The notes under the pieces: generated by a model
What the model was told of the DNA's origin: nothing
The model's input: the letters and a program-made list of their open reading frames with translations, nothing else
Database searches by the model: none
Assembly: GCA_031459875.1 (NCBI GenBank)
Contig: JAVKHQ010000005.1
Coordinates: 39,584-103,583, forward strand
DNA from: Candidatus Fervidifonticultor sextus
Lineage (GTDB): Bacteria; Sysuimicrobiota; Sysuimicrobiia; Sysuimicrobiales; Humicultoraceae
DNA: 64,000 nucleotides
Direction: 5' to 3'
Shown here: positions 8,914 through 18,745 of the stretch, in pieces
Layout of the letters: each line of letters opens with the position of its first letter
Position numbering within the stretch: the first letter of the stretch is position 1
Program-made: the position numbers and the translations under genes

Positions 8914-10090
8914 TCTCGCCCGGCGCGATCCCAAGCGCGTCATCGGCCTGATCGCGGGAACCTCGGGCGACGGCGTAGACGCGGCCCTGGTCGAGGTGGC
9001 CGGCGCCGGGCTGCAGGCGCGCGTGCGGCTGGTCGCCGGGCTCACGCTGCCGTTCCCCCCTGACGACCGCGATGAACTCTTCCGGCTGTTCGATCCCGCC
9101 GCGGCCACCGTGGACCGGCTGTGCCGGTTCGACTTCAGGCTGGGCGAGCTCTTTGCCCAGGCGGCGCTGGCCGTGATGGCCCAATCCGGCCTGACCCCTC
9201 CGGAGGTGGACCTCATCGGATCGGCCGGACAGACGGTCTGGCACATCCCGGCCCCGCAGGGCGCGACGCTGCAGATCGGCGAGCCCGCGGTCATCGCCGA
9301 GCGGACCGGCCTGCCCGTCGTGGCGGATTTCCGGGTCGCCGACGTCGCCGCCGGCGGCCACGGCGCGCCGCTGGTCCCGTACTTCGACCTCGTCGTCTTC
9401 CGCCATCCCGCGCGGTCGCGCGCCGTCCAGAACATCGGCGGCATCGGCAACGTGACCTACCTGCCGGCCCGTCCGCCCGACGGGTGCGCCATCGACGACG
9501 TGCTCGCCTTCGACACCGGGCCCGGCACCATGGTCATCGACGCGGTCATCTCGGCGCTCACCGATGGGCGGGAGCGCTTCGACCGGGACGGCGCATTGGC
9601 CGGGGCCGGCCGCGTGGACGAGGCCTGGCTGGCCGACCTGCTGGATGACCCGTTCTTCCGCCAGGCGCCGCCCAAAACGACGGGCCGGGAGGTCTACGGG
9701 CAGGCCTTTGCGGCCCGCCTGCTGGAGGAGGGGATCCGGCGCCGCCTGATGCCGGAAGACATCGTCGCGACCGTCTCGGCGCTGACGGCCGACTCCATCG
9801 TGCGCGCCTACCGCGACTTCCTGTGGCCGCGGGGCGCGCCGGACGAGGTCGTGCTGTCCGGCGGCGGCGCCTACAACCGCTTCCTGCGCGAGCGGATCGC
9901 CCGGGGCGTGGGCGCGCCGGTGCGGCTCGCCGAGGAGTTCGGCGTGGACGGGAAACTCAAGGAGGCCATGGCGTTCGCCCTATTGGCCTCGGACGCGGTC
10001 GCGGGCCTGGCGACCAACGTGCCCCAAGCTACGGGGGCGTCGGGGCCGCGGGTGTTGGGCAAGTTCGTGCCGGGACCGCGCATGGTATAG
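8897..10090 (+). CDS. anmK: Anhydro-N-acetylmuramic acid kinase.
   Basis: N-terminus MRAVADLARRDPKRVIGLIAGTSGDGVDAALVEV is a typical AnmK N-terminus. ATG at 8897 overlaps the murQ 3' end. Confidence 0.85.
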   Translation: MRAVADLARRDPKRVIGLIAGTSGDGVDAALVEVAGAGLQARVRLVAGLTLPFPPDDRDELFRLFDPAAATVDRLCRFDFRLGELFAQAALAVMAQSGLTPPEVDLIGSAGQTVWHIPAPQGATLQIGEPAVIAERTGLPVVADFRVADVAAGGHGAPLVPYFDLVVFRHPARSRAVQNIGGIGNVTYLPARPPDGCAIDDVLAFDTGPGTMVIDAVISALTDGRERFDRDGALAGAGRVDEAWLADLLDDPFFRQAPPKTTGREVYGQAFAARLLEEGIRRRLMPEDIVATVSALTADSIVRAYRDFLWPRGAPDEVVLSGGGAYNRFLRERIARGVGAPVRLAEEFGVDGKLKEAMAFALLASDAVAGLATNVPQATGASGPRVLGKFVPGPRMV

Positions 10091-10097
10091 TAAGCCG

Positions 10098-11759
10098 ATG
10101 TTCCGAGAGGTGCTCCGCCGCCAGATCCGGGACGCCATCGTCCGCGCCATGGCGTCGGGGACGCTCGTCCCCGGGGACGTGCCGGAGGTGGACGTCGAGG
10201 TCCCCCGGGACCGGCGCTTCGGCGACTACGCCACCAACGCCGCCATGGTGCTGGCCAGGGGCACCGGACGGTCCCCCCGCGAGGTCGCCCGGGCGCTGAT
10301 CGAGGCCTGGGCGCCGTCCTCTGACCGCATCGGCCGCCTGGAGGTGGCCGGACCGGGCTTCATCAACATCACCCTGGCGTGGCCCTGGCGCCAAGACCTG
10401 GTCGCGTCGATCCGCCGGCTCGGCGATGCCTACGGCCTCCAGACCGTAGGCGCCGGCCGGCGCGTCAACGTCGAGTTCGTCAGCGCCAACCCCACGGGCC
10501 CGCTCCACGTCGGCGCCGGCCGCAACGCCGTCATCGGCGACGTGGTGGCCAACCTGCTTGCGGCGCTGGGCTACGCCACCTCGCGCGAGTACTACATCAA
10601 CGACGCCGGACAGCAGGTGTTGAACCTGGCGCGCTCCGTGGAGGCCCACTACTTCGCGCTCTTCAACCAGCCCAGGCCCTTCCCCGACGACGGCTACCGC
10701 GGCCAGTACGTGGCGGACCTGGCCCGGACGATCGCCGCGGCCGATGGGGACCGGTGGCTTCGGGCCTCCGAGGAAGACCGGCTCGAGCACTTCCGCGACG
10801 TCAGCGTCGCGACCATCCTGGCCGACATCCGGGAGGTGCTCGAGCGCTTTGGGGTTCGGTTCGACGTCTGGTTCAGCGAGCGGAGCCTGATTCGCTCAGG
10901 CGCCGTGGACCGGGTCCTGGCCGACCTGCAGGCGCGCGGCTATGTCTACGAGGCCGACGGCAAGCTCTGGTTTCGCTCCACGGCGTTCGGCGATGACAAG
11001 GACCGGGTCATCGTCAAGCCCTCCGGCGAGTGGACGTATTTCGGGAGCGACATCGCCTACCACCTGGACAAGCGGGCCCGCGGCGCCGACCTGATGATCA
11101 ATGTCTGGGCCATCGACCACATCGGGGATGTCGCCCGCGTGAAGGGCGGGCTCGCAGCCCTCGGGGTCCCGGAAGACGCGCTGGAGATCATCATCTACCA
11201 GCACGTCCGGCTGAAGAACGAGGGCGAGGCGCTGCGGATGTCCAAGCGCGCGGGAGAGTTCGTGACCCTGCGCGACCTCATCGACGCGGTGGGGGTGGAC
11301 GCCGCGCGGTACTTCTTCGCCATGGTCTCCCCGTCGGTGCCCATGGACTTCGACGTCGCGCTGGCCCTGCGGCCCTCGCCGGACAACCCGGTCTACTACG
11401 TGCAGTACGCCCACGCCCGCATCGCCGGCATCCTGCGCGAGGCGGCCGCCGCCGGCCGTCAGGCCGGGGAGGCGCCGCCGCTCCATCGCCTGGAGCACGA
11501 CCGCGAAGCGGCCCTGATCCACACGCTGGCGGAGCTGCCCGAGGTGATCCGGACCGCCGGCCTGCGCCGCGAGCCCCACCGGCTGTGCGCGTTCGCCCGG
11601 GAGGTCGCCGAGGCCTTCCACCTGTTCTACACCCACTGCCGGGTCCTCACCGACGATGCGGAGCTGTCGGCCGCCCGCCTGGCCCTGGTCGAGGCGACCC
11701 GGGTCGTGCTCCGGCGCCTCCTGGGCCTGCTGGGGGTCTCGGCGCCGGAACGGATGTAG
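10098..11759 (+). CDS. argS: Arginine--tRNA ligase.
   Basis: SANPTGPLHVGAGRNAVIGD (HIGH-like region); protein of 553 aa. Confidence 0.9.
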   Translation: MFREVLRRQIRDAIVRAMASGTLVPGDVPEVDVEVPRDRRFGDYATNAAMVLARGTGRSPREVARALIEAWAPSSDRIGRLEVAGPGFINITLAWPWRQDLVASIRRLGDAYGLQTVGAGRRVNVEFVSANPTGPLHVGAGRNAVIGDVVANLLAALGYATSREYYINDAGQQVLNLARSVEAHYFALFNQPRPFPDDGYRGQYVADLARTIAAADGDRWLRASEEDRLEHFRDVSVATILADIREVLERFGVRFDVWFSERSLIRSGAVDRVLADLQARGYVYEADGKLWFRSTAFGDDKDRVIVKPSGEWTYFGSDIAYHLDKRARGADLMINVWAIDHIGDVARVKGGLAALGVPEDALEIIIYQHVRLKNEGEALRMSKRAGEFVTLRDLIDAVGVDAARYFFAMVSPSVPMDFDVALALRPSPDNPVYYVQYAHARIAGILREAAAAGRQAGEAPPLHRLEHDREAALIHTLAELPEVIRTAGLRREPHRLCAFAREVAEAFHLFYTHCRVLTDDAELSAARLALVEATRVVLRRLLGLLGVSAPERM

Positions 11760-11790
11760 GCCTGCCCGCGCCGCCCCGCGGCCGAGGCTA

Positions 11791-11816
11791 CTTGCACGGT
11801 CCGGCGTGGTATGCTA
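11791..11816 (+). promoter_or_regulatory. Promoter with an extended -10 element, TGgTATGCT at 11807-11815, for the SLH gene. It gives an approximately 187-nt 5' leader.
   Basis: The same TGnTATGCT motif recurs at 38328-38336 and 48091-48099. An upstream TTGCAC at 11792-11797 is too close to serve as its -35. Confidence 0.4.
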
Positions 11817-12008
11817 GGAATATCTGGGGGCAGTGTCGCCGGCGACTGGTGTGTGGTCGCCACCCGTCGTCACCATTCTCCGACCAGGTTTCAATCCAGG
11901 ACTTCCGGGGTCGAATCCCAGACAGTCCATGCTCCACAGCGACAGGTCAGACGAGACGGGTAGACGGCCAGGAACCGCCGCGGCCCCGGCGGGGGAGGCA
12001 GGGCATTC

Positions 12009-13505
12009 ATGAACAGGTGCGTGCGCGCGGCGGCAGCCATCGCGCTGCTGGCGGTGGCTGCGGCTCCGGCCGCCGCCCAGATCTTCACGGACATGGCCAA
12101 CCACCCCGCACGCCGGGCGGCGGAGCGCCTGGCGGCCAAGGGCGTCGTGACGCGGCTGCCGGACGGCCGGCTGGCGCCCGATGACCCGCTGACCCGGCTG
12201 GATGTGGCGGTCTTCCTGGCCCGGGTCCTGGGAATTCCCACCGGCGGCATTCCCTACCTCGACTTCCGGGACACCGATCAGATCCCGCCTGGGGATCGGG
12301 CCGCCGTGGCGGCCGCGTCGATCATGGGCACGGTCTCGGCGACGCGGGTGGAGATCCGGAAGGGGACCGTCGTCTACACGCTCACCACGAACAAGACCGT
12401 CTACGCGCCCGATGAGCCGGTGCAATTGAATTTCTCCATCGCCAACGAGGGGCCCGGCGTGCCCACGGAGATCCTGTCTGCCGACCGCGGCCGCCCCCGC
12501 GTGAGGCTCTCGGAGCGCGACGGGGCGAAGGTCGGCTACCAGGGCGAAGTCTACGTCGAGACCAGGACCCCCCAGGGCACCCGGCGCGATCGGGTGGCCC
12601 GCATCCAGATCAAGGAGTTCCGGCCGGACGGCGCGATCGTGGACATCGTGGACCAGGGCTCGGTCGAGTGGAAGCCGGGGCTGAAGGCCCTCTACCTCCA
12701 GGACGTCTGGTTCGAGTACTCGTCCACCCAGTTCTACGATTTCGTGATCCGCGACGCGGACGGCAACGAGATGGCCCGCTGGTCCCTCAACCGGCCGTTC
12801 CAGCCCGTCGCCCAGCCCATCCCCCTGGCCGCCGGAACGGCCATCCAGGACGCCACGCGCTGGAGGCAGCTGGATCAGAACGACCGGCCCGTCCGGCCCG
12901 GGCGGTACGAGCTGGTCGCCGTCCACACCACCAAGGAGAACCCCACCGAGCTGTCCATCACGTTCCAGCGGGGGATCATCGCGCCCTTCCCCGACAACAC
13001 CTTCCGACCCAGGCAGCCGGTGACGCGGGCCGATCTCGCGGTGTTTATCGTGCGGGCCATGGGGCTGGAGACCGAGGCGCGCCGCCGGACCAACGACCCC
13101 CTCCAGGTGGCTGACGCCCGTGACATCCCGGCCGAGGCGCGCGGCAGCGTGGTGGTCGCCCTGGAGAAGAAGGCGCTCCTGCCATTGCCCGACAACACCT
13201 TCCGGCCAGCCCGCACAGCCACCCGGGGTGACGCCGTGCTCGGGCTCAACGGGCTCATGGAAGCGCTGGGCCGCTACGACTACACCACGGCCACGCTGCG
13301 CGAGGTCCGCGGCGGCCCCCCGCCGGTCGTGGTCGTGGAGGACGCCAACAAGCAGATCCGCTCCCACCGGGTCGCCGTGGTGAGCGCCATCTACCGCAAC
13401 GACCAGGTCGTCCTGCTCCTCCAGCTGCGGCCGGGGGACCAGCTCAAGATGCTCAAGCCCACCGACGCAGGCGAGGTCATGTACATCGAGGCGACCGGGA
13501 GGTAG
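12009..13505 (+). CDS. Cell-surface protein with three SLH domains and a central BsuPI-like (intracellular proteinase inhibitor-like) domain.
   Basis: Signal peptide. SLH motifs FTDMANHP...RLDVAVFLARVLG, FPDNTFRPRQPVTRADLAVFIVRAMG and LPDNTFRPARTATRGDAV. Confidence 0.8.
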   Translation: MNRCVRAAAAIALLAVAAAPAAAQIFTDMANHPARRAAERLAAKGVVTRLPDGRLAPDDPLTRLDVAVFLARVLGIPTGGIPYLDFRDTDQIPPGDRAAVAAASIMGTVSATRVEIRKGTVVYTLTTNKTVYAPDEPVQLNFSIANEGPGVPTEILSADRGRPRVRLSERDGAKVGYQGEVYVETRTPQGTRRDRVARIQIKEFRPDGAIVDIVDQGSVEWKPGLKALYLQDVWFEYSSTQFYDFVIRDADGNEMARWSLNRPFQPVAQPIPLAAGTAIQDATRWRQLDQNDRPVRPGRYELVAVHTTKENPTELSITFQRGIIAPFPDNTFRPRQPVTRADLAVFIVRAMGLETEARRRTNDPLQVADARDIPAEARGSVVVALEKKALLPLPDNTFRPARTATRGDAVLGLNGLMEALGRYDYTTATLREVRGGPPPVVVVEDANKQIRSHRVAVVSAIYRNDQVVLLLQLRPGDQLKMLKPTDAGEVMYIEATGR

Positions 13506-13510
13506 CGGCC

Positions 13511-14185
13511 ATGGAGTTCTTCCTCGACACGGCCAACCTGGAGGAGATCCGGACGGCGCAGTCCTGGGGCATTCTGGACGGCGTCACGACCAACCCCACC
13601 CTCGTCGCCAGGGAAGGCCGGGACCACAAGGCGCTGATCCAGGAGATCTGCGCCCTCGTGCCGGGTCCGGTCAGCGTCGAGACCACCACCGCCGACGCCG
13701 AGGGGATGGTCCGTGAGGGCGAGGTCTTCGCCACCTGGGCGCCCAACGTGGTGGTGAAGGTGCCGGTGACCCCAGAGGGGATCAGGGCCGCGAGGGCGCT
13801 GGGGGCCAAGGGCATCCCCGTGAACGTGACGTTGGTCTTCTCGCTGCCCCAGGCGCTGATCGCGGCCAAGGCGGGCGCCCGGTTCGTCAGCCCCTTTGTG
13901 GGCCGGCTCGACGACGCCGGTAGCGACGGCATGCAGGTCGTTCGGGACATCTGCACCGCCTTCGCCCACTACAAGTTTGGGACCAGGGTGCTCGCCGCCA
14001 GCCTGCGCCACCCGGTGCACGTCGTCCAGGCGGCCCTGGCCGGGGCGCAGGTGGCCACGATGCCCTTCAAGGTGATGGAGCAACTCTTCAAGCATCCGAT
14101 GACCGACGTCGGGCTCGAGCGGTTCCTGGCGGACGCCCGCCGGCTGGCCGCCGAACTCGAAGCGCGCAAGACGGCGCGGGTCTAG
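13511..14185 (+). CDS. tal: Transaldolase / fructose-6-phosphate aldolase family (short Tal/Fsa type).
   Basis: MEFFLDTANLEEIRTAQSWGILDGVTTNPTL...VKVPVT. Confidence 0.85.
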   Translation: MEFFLDTANLEEIRTAQSWGILDGVTTNPTLVAREGRDHKALIQEICALVPGPVSVETTTADAEGMVREGEVFATWAPNVVVKVPVTPEGIRAARALGAKGIPVNVTLVFSLPQALIAAKAGARFVSPFVGRLDDAGSDGMQVVRDICTAFAHYKFGTRVLAASLRHPVHVVQAALAGAQVATMPFKVMEQLFKHPMTDVGLERFLADARRLAAELEARKTARV

Positions 14186-14215
14186 ACGCGGCCGTCGCGG
14201 GAATAGATCGGAGAG

Positions 14216-15490
14216 GTGAGCGTTGACGTGCCGATCGCAGAACTGGAGGCCAAGACCCTGACAGAGCTCCAGGACATGGCCAAGGAGCTCAACATCCCCA
14301 ACTACCGGCGGTACCGGAAGCAGGAGCTGATCATGCGCGTGCTCCAGGTGCAGACCGAGGCCGCGGGGCTGCTGATCCGCTCGGGCATCCTGGAGATCAT
14401 GCCCGAAGGGTACGGGTTCCTGCGGACCAACGGCTACCTGCCGGGCAACGAGGACATCTACGTGTCGCCCTCGCAGATCAAGCGGTTCGGCCTGCGGGTG
14501 GGCGACGAGGTGCTGGGGCAGGTCCGGCCGCCCAAGGACAACGAGAAGTACTTCGCGCTGCTGCGCGTGGAGGCGGTCAACGGGCTGGACCCCGAGCAGG
14601 CGCGCACGCGTCCCGGTTTCGAGCAGTTGACGCCGGTCTTCCCCCACGAGCGCATCAAGCTGGAACTGCCCGAATCCGACCTCACCGTGCGGGTGGTCGA
14701 TCTGTTCTCGCCCATCGGCAAGGGCCAGCGCGGCATGATCGTCTCGCCGCCCAAGGCCGGCAAGACCACGCTGCTCAAGAAGATCGGGCAGTCCATCGTC
14801 CAGAACCACAGCGAGATCTATCTGATGGTCCTGCTCCTCGACGAGCGGCCGGAAGAGGTTACCGACATGCGCCGCTCGGTCGAGGCGGAGGTCATCGCCA
14901 GCACCTTCGACCGCGCCCCCGAGGAGCACATCCAGGTGGCCGACCTGGTCCTGGAGCGCGCCAAGCGTCTGGTCGAGGGCGGCCGGGACGTCGTCATCCT
15001 GCTGGACTCCCTGACGCGCTTCTCCCGCGCCAACAACCTGGTCATCCCGCCGTCGGGCCGCACGCTGTCCGGCGGCCTGGATCCCGCGGCCCTGCACCGG
15101 CCGAAGCGGTTCTTCGGCGCGGCCCGCAAGATCGAGGAGGGCGGGAGCCTGACCATCATCGCCACGGCCCTGATCGACACCGGCAGCCGGATGGACGACG
15201 TCATCTACGAAGAGTTCAAGGGCACTGGCAACATGGAACTGCACCTCAACCGCAAACTGCAGGAGCGCCGGACCTTCCCGGCCATCGACATCAAGATGTC
15301 GGGCACGCGGCGCGAGGAGCTGTTGCTCACCGACGAAGAACTGCGCAAGGTCTGGGTGCTGCGCAAGAGTCTGGAGCAGCTCGACACCGTGGCCATGACC
15401 GAGCTCATCCTGGACCGCCTGCGCAAGACCCCCAACAACGCGGCGTTCCTGCGGTCGATCGTCAAGAGCTCGGAGGAGAACGGCGCCTAA
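14216..15490 (+). CDS. rho: Transcription termination factor Rho.
   Basis: N-terminal Rho_N region ([14 protein letters not shown]), RNA-binding domain and ATPase Walker A motif [11 protein letters not shown]. Confidence 0.92.
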   Translation: MSVDVPIAELEAKTLTELQDMAKELNIPNYRRYRKQELIMRVLQVQTEAAGLLIRSGILEIMPEGYGFLRTNGYLPGNEDIYVSPSQIKRFGLRVGDEVLGQVRPPKDNEKYFALLRVEAVNGLDPEQARTRPGFEQLTPVFPHERIKLELPESDLTVRVVDLFSPIGKGQRGMIVSPPKAGKTTLLKKIGQSIVQNHSEIYLMVLLLDERPEEVTDMRRSVEAEVIASTFDRAPEEHIQVADLVLERAKRLVEGGRDVVILLDSLTRFSRANNLVIPPSGRTLSGGLDPAALHRPKRFFGAARKIEEGGSLTIIATALIDTGSRMDDVIYEEFKGTGNMELHLNRKLQERRTFPAIDIKMSGTRREELLLTDEELRKVWVLRKSLEQLDTVAMTELILDRLRKTPNNAAFLRSIVKSSEENGA

Positions 15491-15520
15491 ACTCCCAGGC
15501 CTCCCCCATGGGGCGCACCT

Positions 15521-15553
15521 CGACGCCCGGCAGGAGGACGCGGCCGGGCGTCG
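15521..15553 (+). terminator. Perfect 11-bp GC-rich hairpin (CGACGCCCGGC / GCCGGGCGTCG, 11-nt loop) 30 nt after the rho stop. Candidate terminator or attenuator-like structure.
   Basis: Seen directly in the sequence; it has no U-tract. Confidence 0.35.
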
Positions 15554-15696
15554 AATACTAGTGGCACTCCGCAGCAGGCTGGTTCGTCTGGGTTTCCTCG
15601 CACGACCGCACGCCGCCCGCGCGTGCGCAACATGCCGGTCGAATATCCAGCCCGGCGCAGGCCGGTGCGTCTGGCTGGGACAGGTAGGAGGCAGCA

Positions 15697-16770
15697 TTGC
15701 GCACAGCGGCACGGCTGGCGTGCGTGGCGGTGGTCCTGGCGCTGGCGACGGCGCTGGGGGTGCCGGAGCCGGTGGCCTCCCAGCCTCCGGTGCGATCCAG
15801 GGCCGATCGGACAGTCGTCCAGCCGCTGCACGACCTCTCGGCGCTCCACCCGCCGGTGGCCCGCGACGGCCGGCTGGTGTCGGCTGGGGCGCGGCCCCGG
15901 GGCCCGGTCGCCGGCGCTCCCGGAATCGGGGTCCCGCGGGCCAGCGCCCTCCCGGCGCGTGTCACGCCGCCGCGGGTCCACACCGTGCGCAGCGGCGACA
16001 CCCTGTGGGGCATCGCCAGGCGGTACGGGGTCACAGTGGAACGCCTGGCCGAAGCAAACCGAATCCAGGCGACCTCGACGCTGGCGACGGGGCGGTCCCT
16101 GGTGATTCCGCCCCAGGGAGGCGGGCAGGCCCCCGCAGCCCGGGCGACCTCGCGGCCTGCGCCGCCGCGTCCCGCACCCGTCACCCATATCGTCCAGCCG
16201 GGCGACACGTTGTGGGACATCGCCAGCCGGTACGGGACGCGCGTGGAAGACCTGATGGCCTACAACGACCTGGGCGACTCCGAGTGGATCAGGCCCGGCC
16301 AGCGGTTGATCATCTCGGGCCGCGCGCTCCCCAGGCACCGCCAGGTGGCCGCGCAGTCTCGCAGCGCCCGCCGGGCGCCGGCGGGGGAGATCGAGGCGCT
16401 GGCCGGGGGCCTGGCCTGGCCCGCGCGCGGGACCCTCACCTCGCGGTTCGGCTGGCGGTACCGGCGCCACCACGACGGGATTGACATCGCCAGTCCCCGC
16501 GGGACGCCGATCTTTGCCGCGCGCGACGGCGTGGTGGAGTTCGCGGGGTGGAAGGCCGGGTACGGCCGCGTCGTCATCGTCAGCCACGGGGGCGGTCTGG
16601 TGACGGTCTACGGACACGCGTCGAGCCTGCTCGTTAAAGCCGGCGAGTCGGTCAGGAAGGGCCAGGTGATCGCGCGCGTCGGCTGCACCGGTTCCTGCAC
16701 CGGGTCGCACCTCCACTTCGAAGTCCGCCACAACGGCCGACCGATCAACCCGCTGCCCTACCTGCAGTAG
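15697..16770 (+). CDS. Peptidoglycan hydrolase with two LysM domains and a C-terminal M23 (LytM) peptidase domain.
   Basis: VHTVRSGDTLWGIARRYGV and HIVQPGDTLWDIASRYG are LysM motifs. The M23 region carries HHDGIDI and GSHLHFEV. TTG start 7 nt after an AGGAGG RBS. Confidence 0.85.
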   Translation: MRTAARLACVAVVLALATALGVPEPVASQPPVRSRADRTVVQPLHDLSALHPPVARDGRLVSAGARPRGPVAGAPGIGVPRASALPARVTPPRVHTVRSGDTLWGIARRYGVTVERLAEANRIQATSTLATGRSLVIPPQGGGQAPAARATSRPAPPRPAPVTHIVQPGDTLWDIASRYGTRVEDLMAYNDLGDSEWIRPGQRLIISGRALPRHRQVAAQSRSARRAPAGEIEALAGGLAWPARGTLTSRFGWRYRRHHDGIDIASPRGTPIFAARDGVVEFAGWKAGYGRVVIVSHGGGLVTVYGHASSLLVKAGESVRKGQVIARVGCTGSCTGSHLHFEVRHNGRPINPLPYLQ

Positions 16771-16821
16771 TCCATCGAAGCCCCGCCTGCCGTCGGGTGC
16801 CTCGACGGCCCAGGGGTGGTC

Positions 16822-16830
16822 TGGTATACT
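16822..16830 (+). promoter_or_regulatory. Extended -10 element, TGgTATACT, upstream of rpmE.
   Basis: Seen directly in the sequence. Confidence 0.4.
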
Positions 16831-16869
16831 CCGGGTGTTGCCATTTGCGACTTTCCGAGGAGCGGTTCC

Positions 16870-17073
16870 ATGAAGGCCGGGATCCACCCTGAGTACCACC
16901 AGGCCCGCGTCACCTGCGCGTGCGGCGAGACCTTTGTCACCGGGTCGACCAAGAAGTCAATCCGGGTGGAGATCTGCTCGAAGTGCCATCCTTTCTACAC
17001 GGGCCAGCGCAAGTTCGTTGACGCCGAGGGCCGCGTGCAGAAGTTCGCCCGCAAGTACGGCCTGAAGGTCTAG
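16870..17073 (+). CDS. rpmE: 50S ribosomal protein L31.
   Basis: [22 protein letters not shown]...[12 protein letters not shown] chose the ATG at 16870 (GAGGAG RBS) rather than the longer track ORF. Confidence 0.9.
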   Translation: MKAGIHPEYHQARVTCACGETFVTGSTKKSIRVEICSKCHPFYTGQRKFVDAEGRVQKFARKYGLKV

Positions 17074-17084
17074 CCTGGCCCGAA

Positions 17085-17885
17085 CTACTGCCGATCCAGC
17101 CACGCGAAAAAGTCTTTCTCGAACTCTTCCACCGGGCGACCGAAGACGGCCTCAAACTGGGTCGGGAAGACCGTGTCACCCGGCGCATAGAGCGCGATGA
17201 TCTTGGGCCACCCGGCGGTCTCGTGCAGGTAGATGCCCAGGGCTGCCGCGATGCGATAGAAATCCCCCAACGTCCTCGCATCCGGCGTCCCGATTCCGAT
17301 CTGCCGGATGGAGAAGGCAGGCTGGTTCTTCCTGGCCTGCTGGGACCGGGGGAGTTGCGTGGCCTTCACGTACGCCGGAAAGTTAATGACCCTCCGTTCG
17401 TCCATGACCTTCAGCTTGTGTAGCTCGGCCGGCCCTTCCCAGAAAGCAAAGGGAGTTCTGCGGCGATCCATCCGCGACTGGCGCTGGTACAGGTGGAACA
17501 TCTCGTGCGGGACGGTCCACCAAACCTGCAGGTCGGGCCGCGCGGTATAACTGCGAATGTACTCGAGGTTCAACGCGAAGGCCCCCAGGGCCGACTGACC
17601 GCTGTAGAGGTGGGATCGCCGCTCCGCGGTCGGCCGGTCGAACAACCCGAACTCCACGAGGACGTCGGCGAAGTCGGCCTTTGTGGCGCAGAGGTAGGCC
17701 TTTGGGGGCCCATCCAGCACCACGCCGAGCCTCCTCAGAGACGCCAGGCTGTGCAGCGTCGCCTGCTGGACGGCCTGGACCACGGCGGGCTCCACCTGGC
17801 CGCGCTGCACGATCTCGAACGGCAGTTGGGCGAGGGTCGGGTGGAGTGCCAGGGTCGTGGCGATTGCGCACACCACCAGGCTCAA
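17085..17885 (-). CDS. Secreted hypothetical protein with an HEXXH motif (putative zinc metallopeptidase).
   Basis: Signal-peptide-like N-terminus. VPHEMFHLYQ carries the HEXXH motif. TTG start. Confidence 0.55.
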   Translation of the reverse strand: MSLVVCAIATTLALHPTLAQLPFEIVQRGQVEPAVVQAVQQATLHSLASLRRLGVVLDGPPKAYLCATKADFADVLVEFGLFDRPTAERRSHLYSGQSALGAFALNLEYIRSYTARPDLQVWWTVPHEMFHLYQRQSRMDRRRTPFAFWEGPAELHKLKVMDERRVINFPAYVKATQLPRSQQARKNQPAFSIRQIGIGTPDARTLGDFYRIAAALGIYLHETAGWPKIIALYAPGDTVFPTQFEAVFGRPVEEFEKDFFAWLDRQ

Positions 17886-18118
17886 GGAGCGGCGGTGGGT
17901 CAGTCTTCTTGAGTCGTGCGTGATCGTAGGAAGTCCCCCCTCCGGTGTGACGTCGCGTTCTACGTCCTCCGGTCTACGGCGCCTCCAGGCGAGCCGCGAC
18001 GGATTCCGGAACGGGGTTCGTAAGTTGCAGGCTGAAGGCCCGCGACGAGCCAGGGCAGGATCGCCTGGCTGATTCCGTCCGCCATCATCGCCCCATCGGC
18101 CATCGCCGCGTGGCGCCG

Positions 18119-18168
18119 CCGGACCCCGCCAGTCCTGAGGGGGGCCCTGCCAGACGGGCGGGGTCCGG
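18119..18168 (-). terminator. 12-bp perfect GC stem (CCGGACCCCGCC / GGCGGGGTCCGG) with a 26-nt loop, 8 nt downstream of the PCu(A)C stop. Candidate terminator.
   Basis: Seen directly in the sequence; it has no U-tract. Confidence 0.35.
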
Positions 18169-18175
18169 TCGCCGC

Positions 18176-18691
18176 CTACGGCGCCGACATGCGCACGGGT
18201 ACCGAGATGGCCACCGCTCCCGCCCGCTCGAAGTGCAGCGTCACGGCGAGCCGCTCCCCCTCTTTGAGGTCGCGCTTGAGTCCCAGCAGCATGATGTGGA
18301 GCCCACCCGGACGCAGCTGCGCCCGTCCGCGAGCAGGGACCACGATGGCCGGCACCTTGTGCATGCGACTCATGCCGCCCTCCATGCGCGTCTCATGGAG
18401 TTCCACCGCGGCGGCGACCCCGGCGTCGGCGCGCAACAGCCGGTCAGCCTGCGAGCCGGTGTTGTGAATGACCATGTAGATCGCCGAGGCGCCAGGTCCC
18501 ATCTCCGTGCCTTTCCCATGGACACCGGCGGGTGCCGCGACGCCCGGCCGTGCCCAGGCCTTCTCGATCCTGATCGATGACGCAGGCGACGCGGCATCGC
18601 CCGAGATGGTGGCGGCTCCGATAAACACGGCAGCGGCAACGAGGGGCGCACCCGAGAGCCACAGGTGCCTCATCTGACGTGACAGGTACAT
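18176..18691 (-). CDS. Copper chaperone PCu(A)C (DUF461), intact copy.
   Basis: HETRMEGGMSRMHKV is the H(M)X10MX21HXM-type Cu(I) motif. Start chosen at the ATG 10 nt after an AAGGAG RBS. Confidence 0.8.
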   Translation of the reverse strand: MYLSRQMRHLWLSGAPLVAAAVFIGAATISGDAASPASSIRIEKAWARPGVAAPAGVHGKGTEMGPGASAIYMVIHNTGSQADRLLRADAGVAAAVELHETRMEGGMSRMHKVPAIVVPARGRAQLRPGGLHIMLLGLKRDLKEGERLAVTLHFERAGAVAISVPVRMSAP

Positions 18692-18745
18692 CTCTGGATC
18701 ACTCCTTTGCCAATCGGTCGCGACGCGAAGTCGGGCGTGTTGCAT

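Noticed and set aside
11905-11925. tRNA T-arm-like sequence GGGGTCGAATCCC inside the argS-SLH intergenic region.
   Set aside because: I could not build a 7-bp acceptor stem, a D-arm or an anticodon arm around it, and the T-stem has a C-A mismatch. It is most likely chance similarity within a 5' leader.
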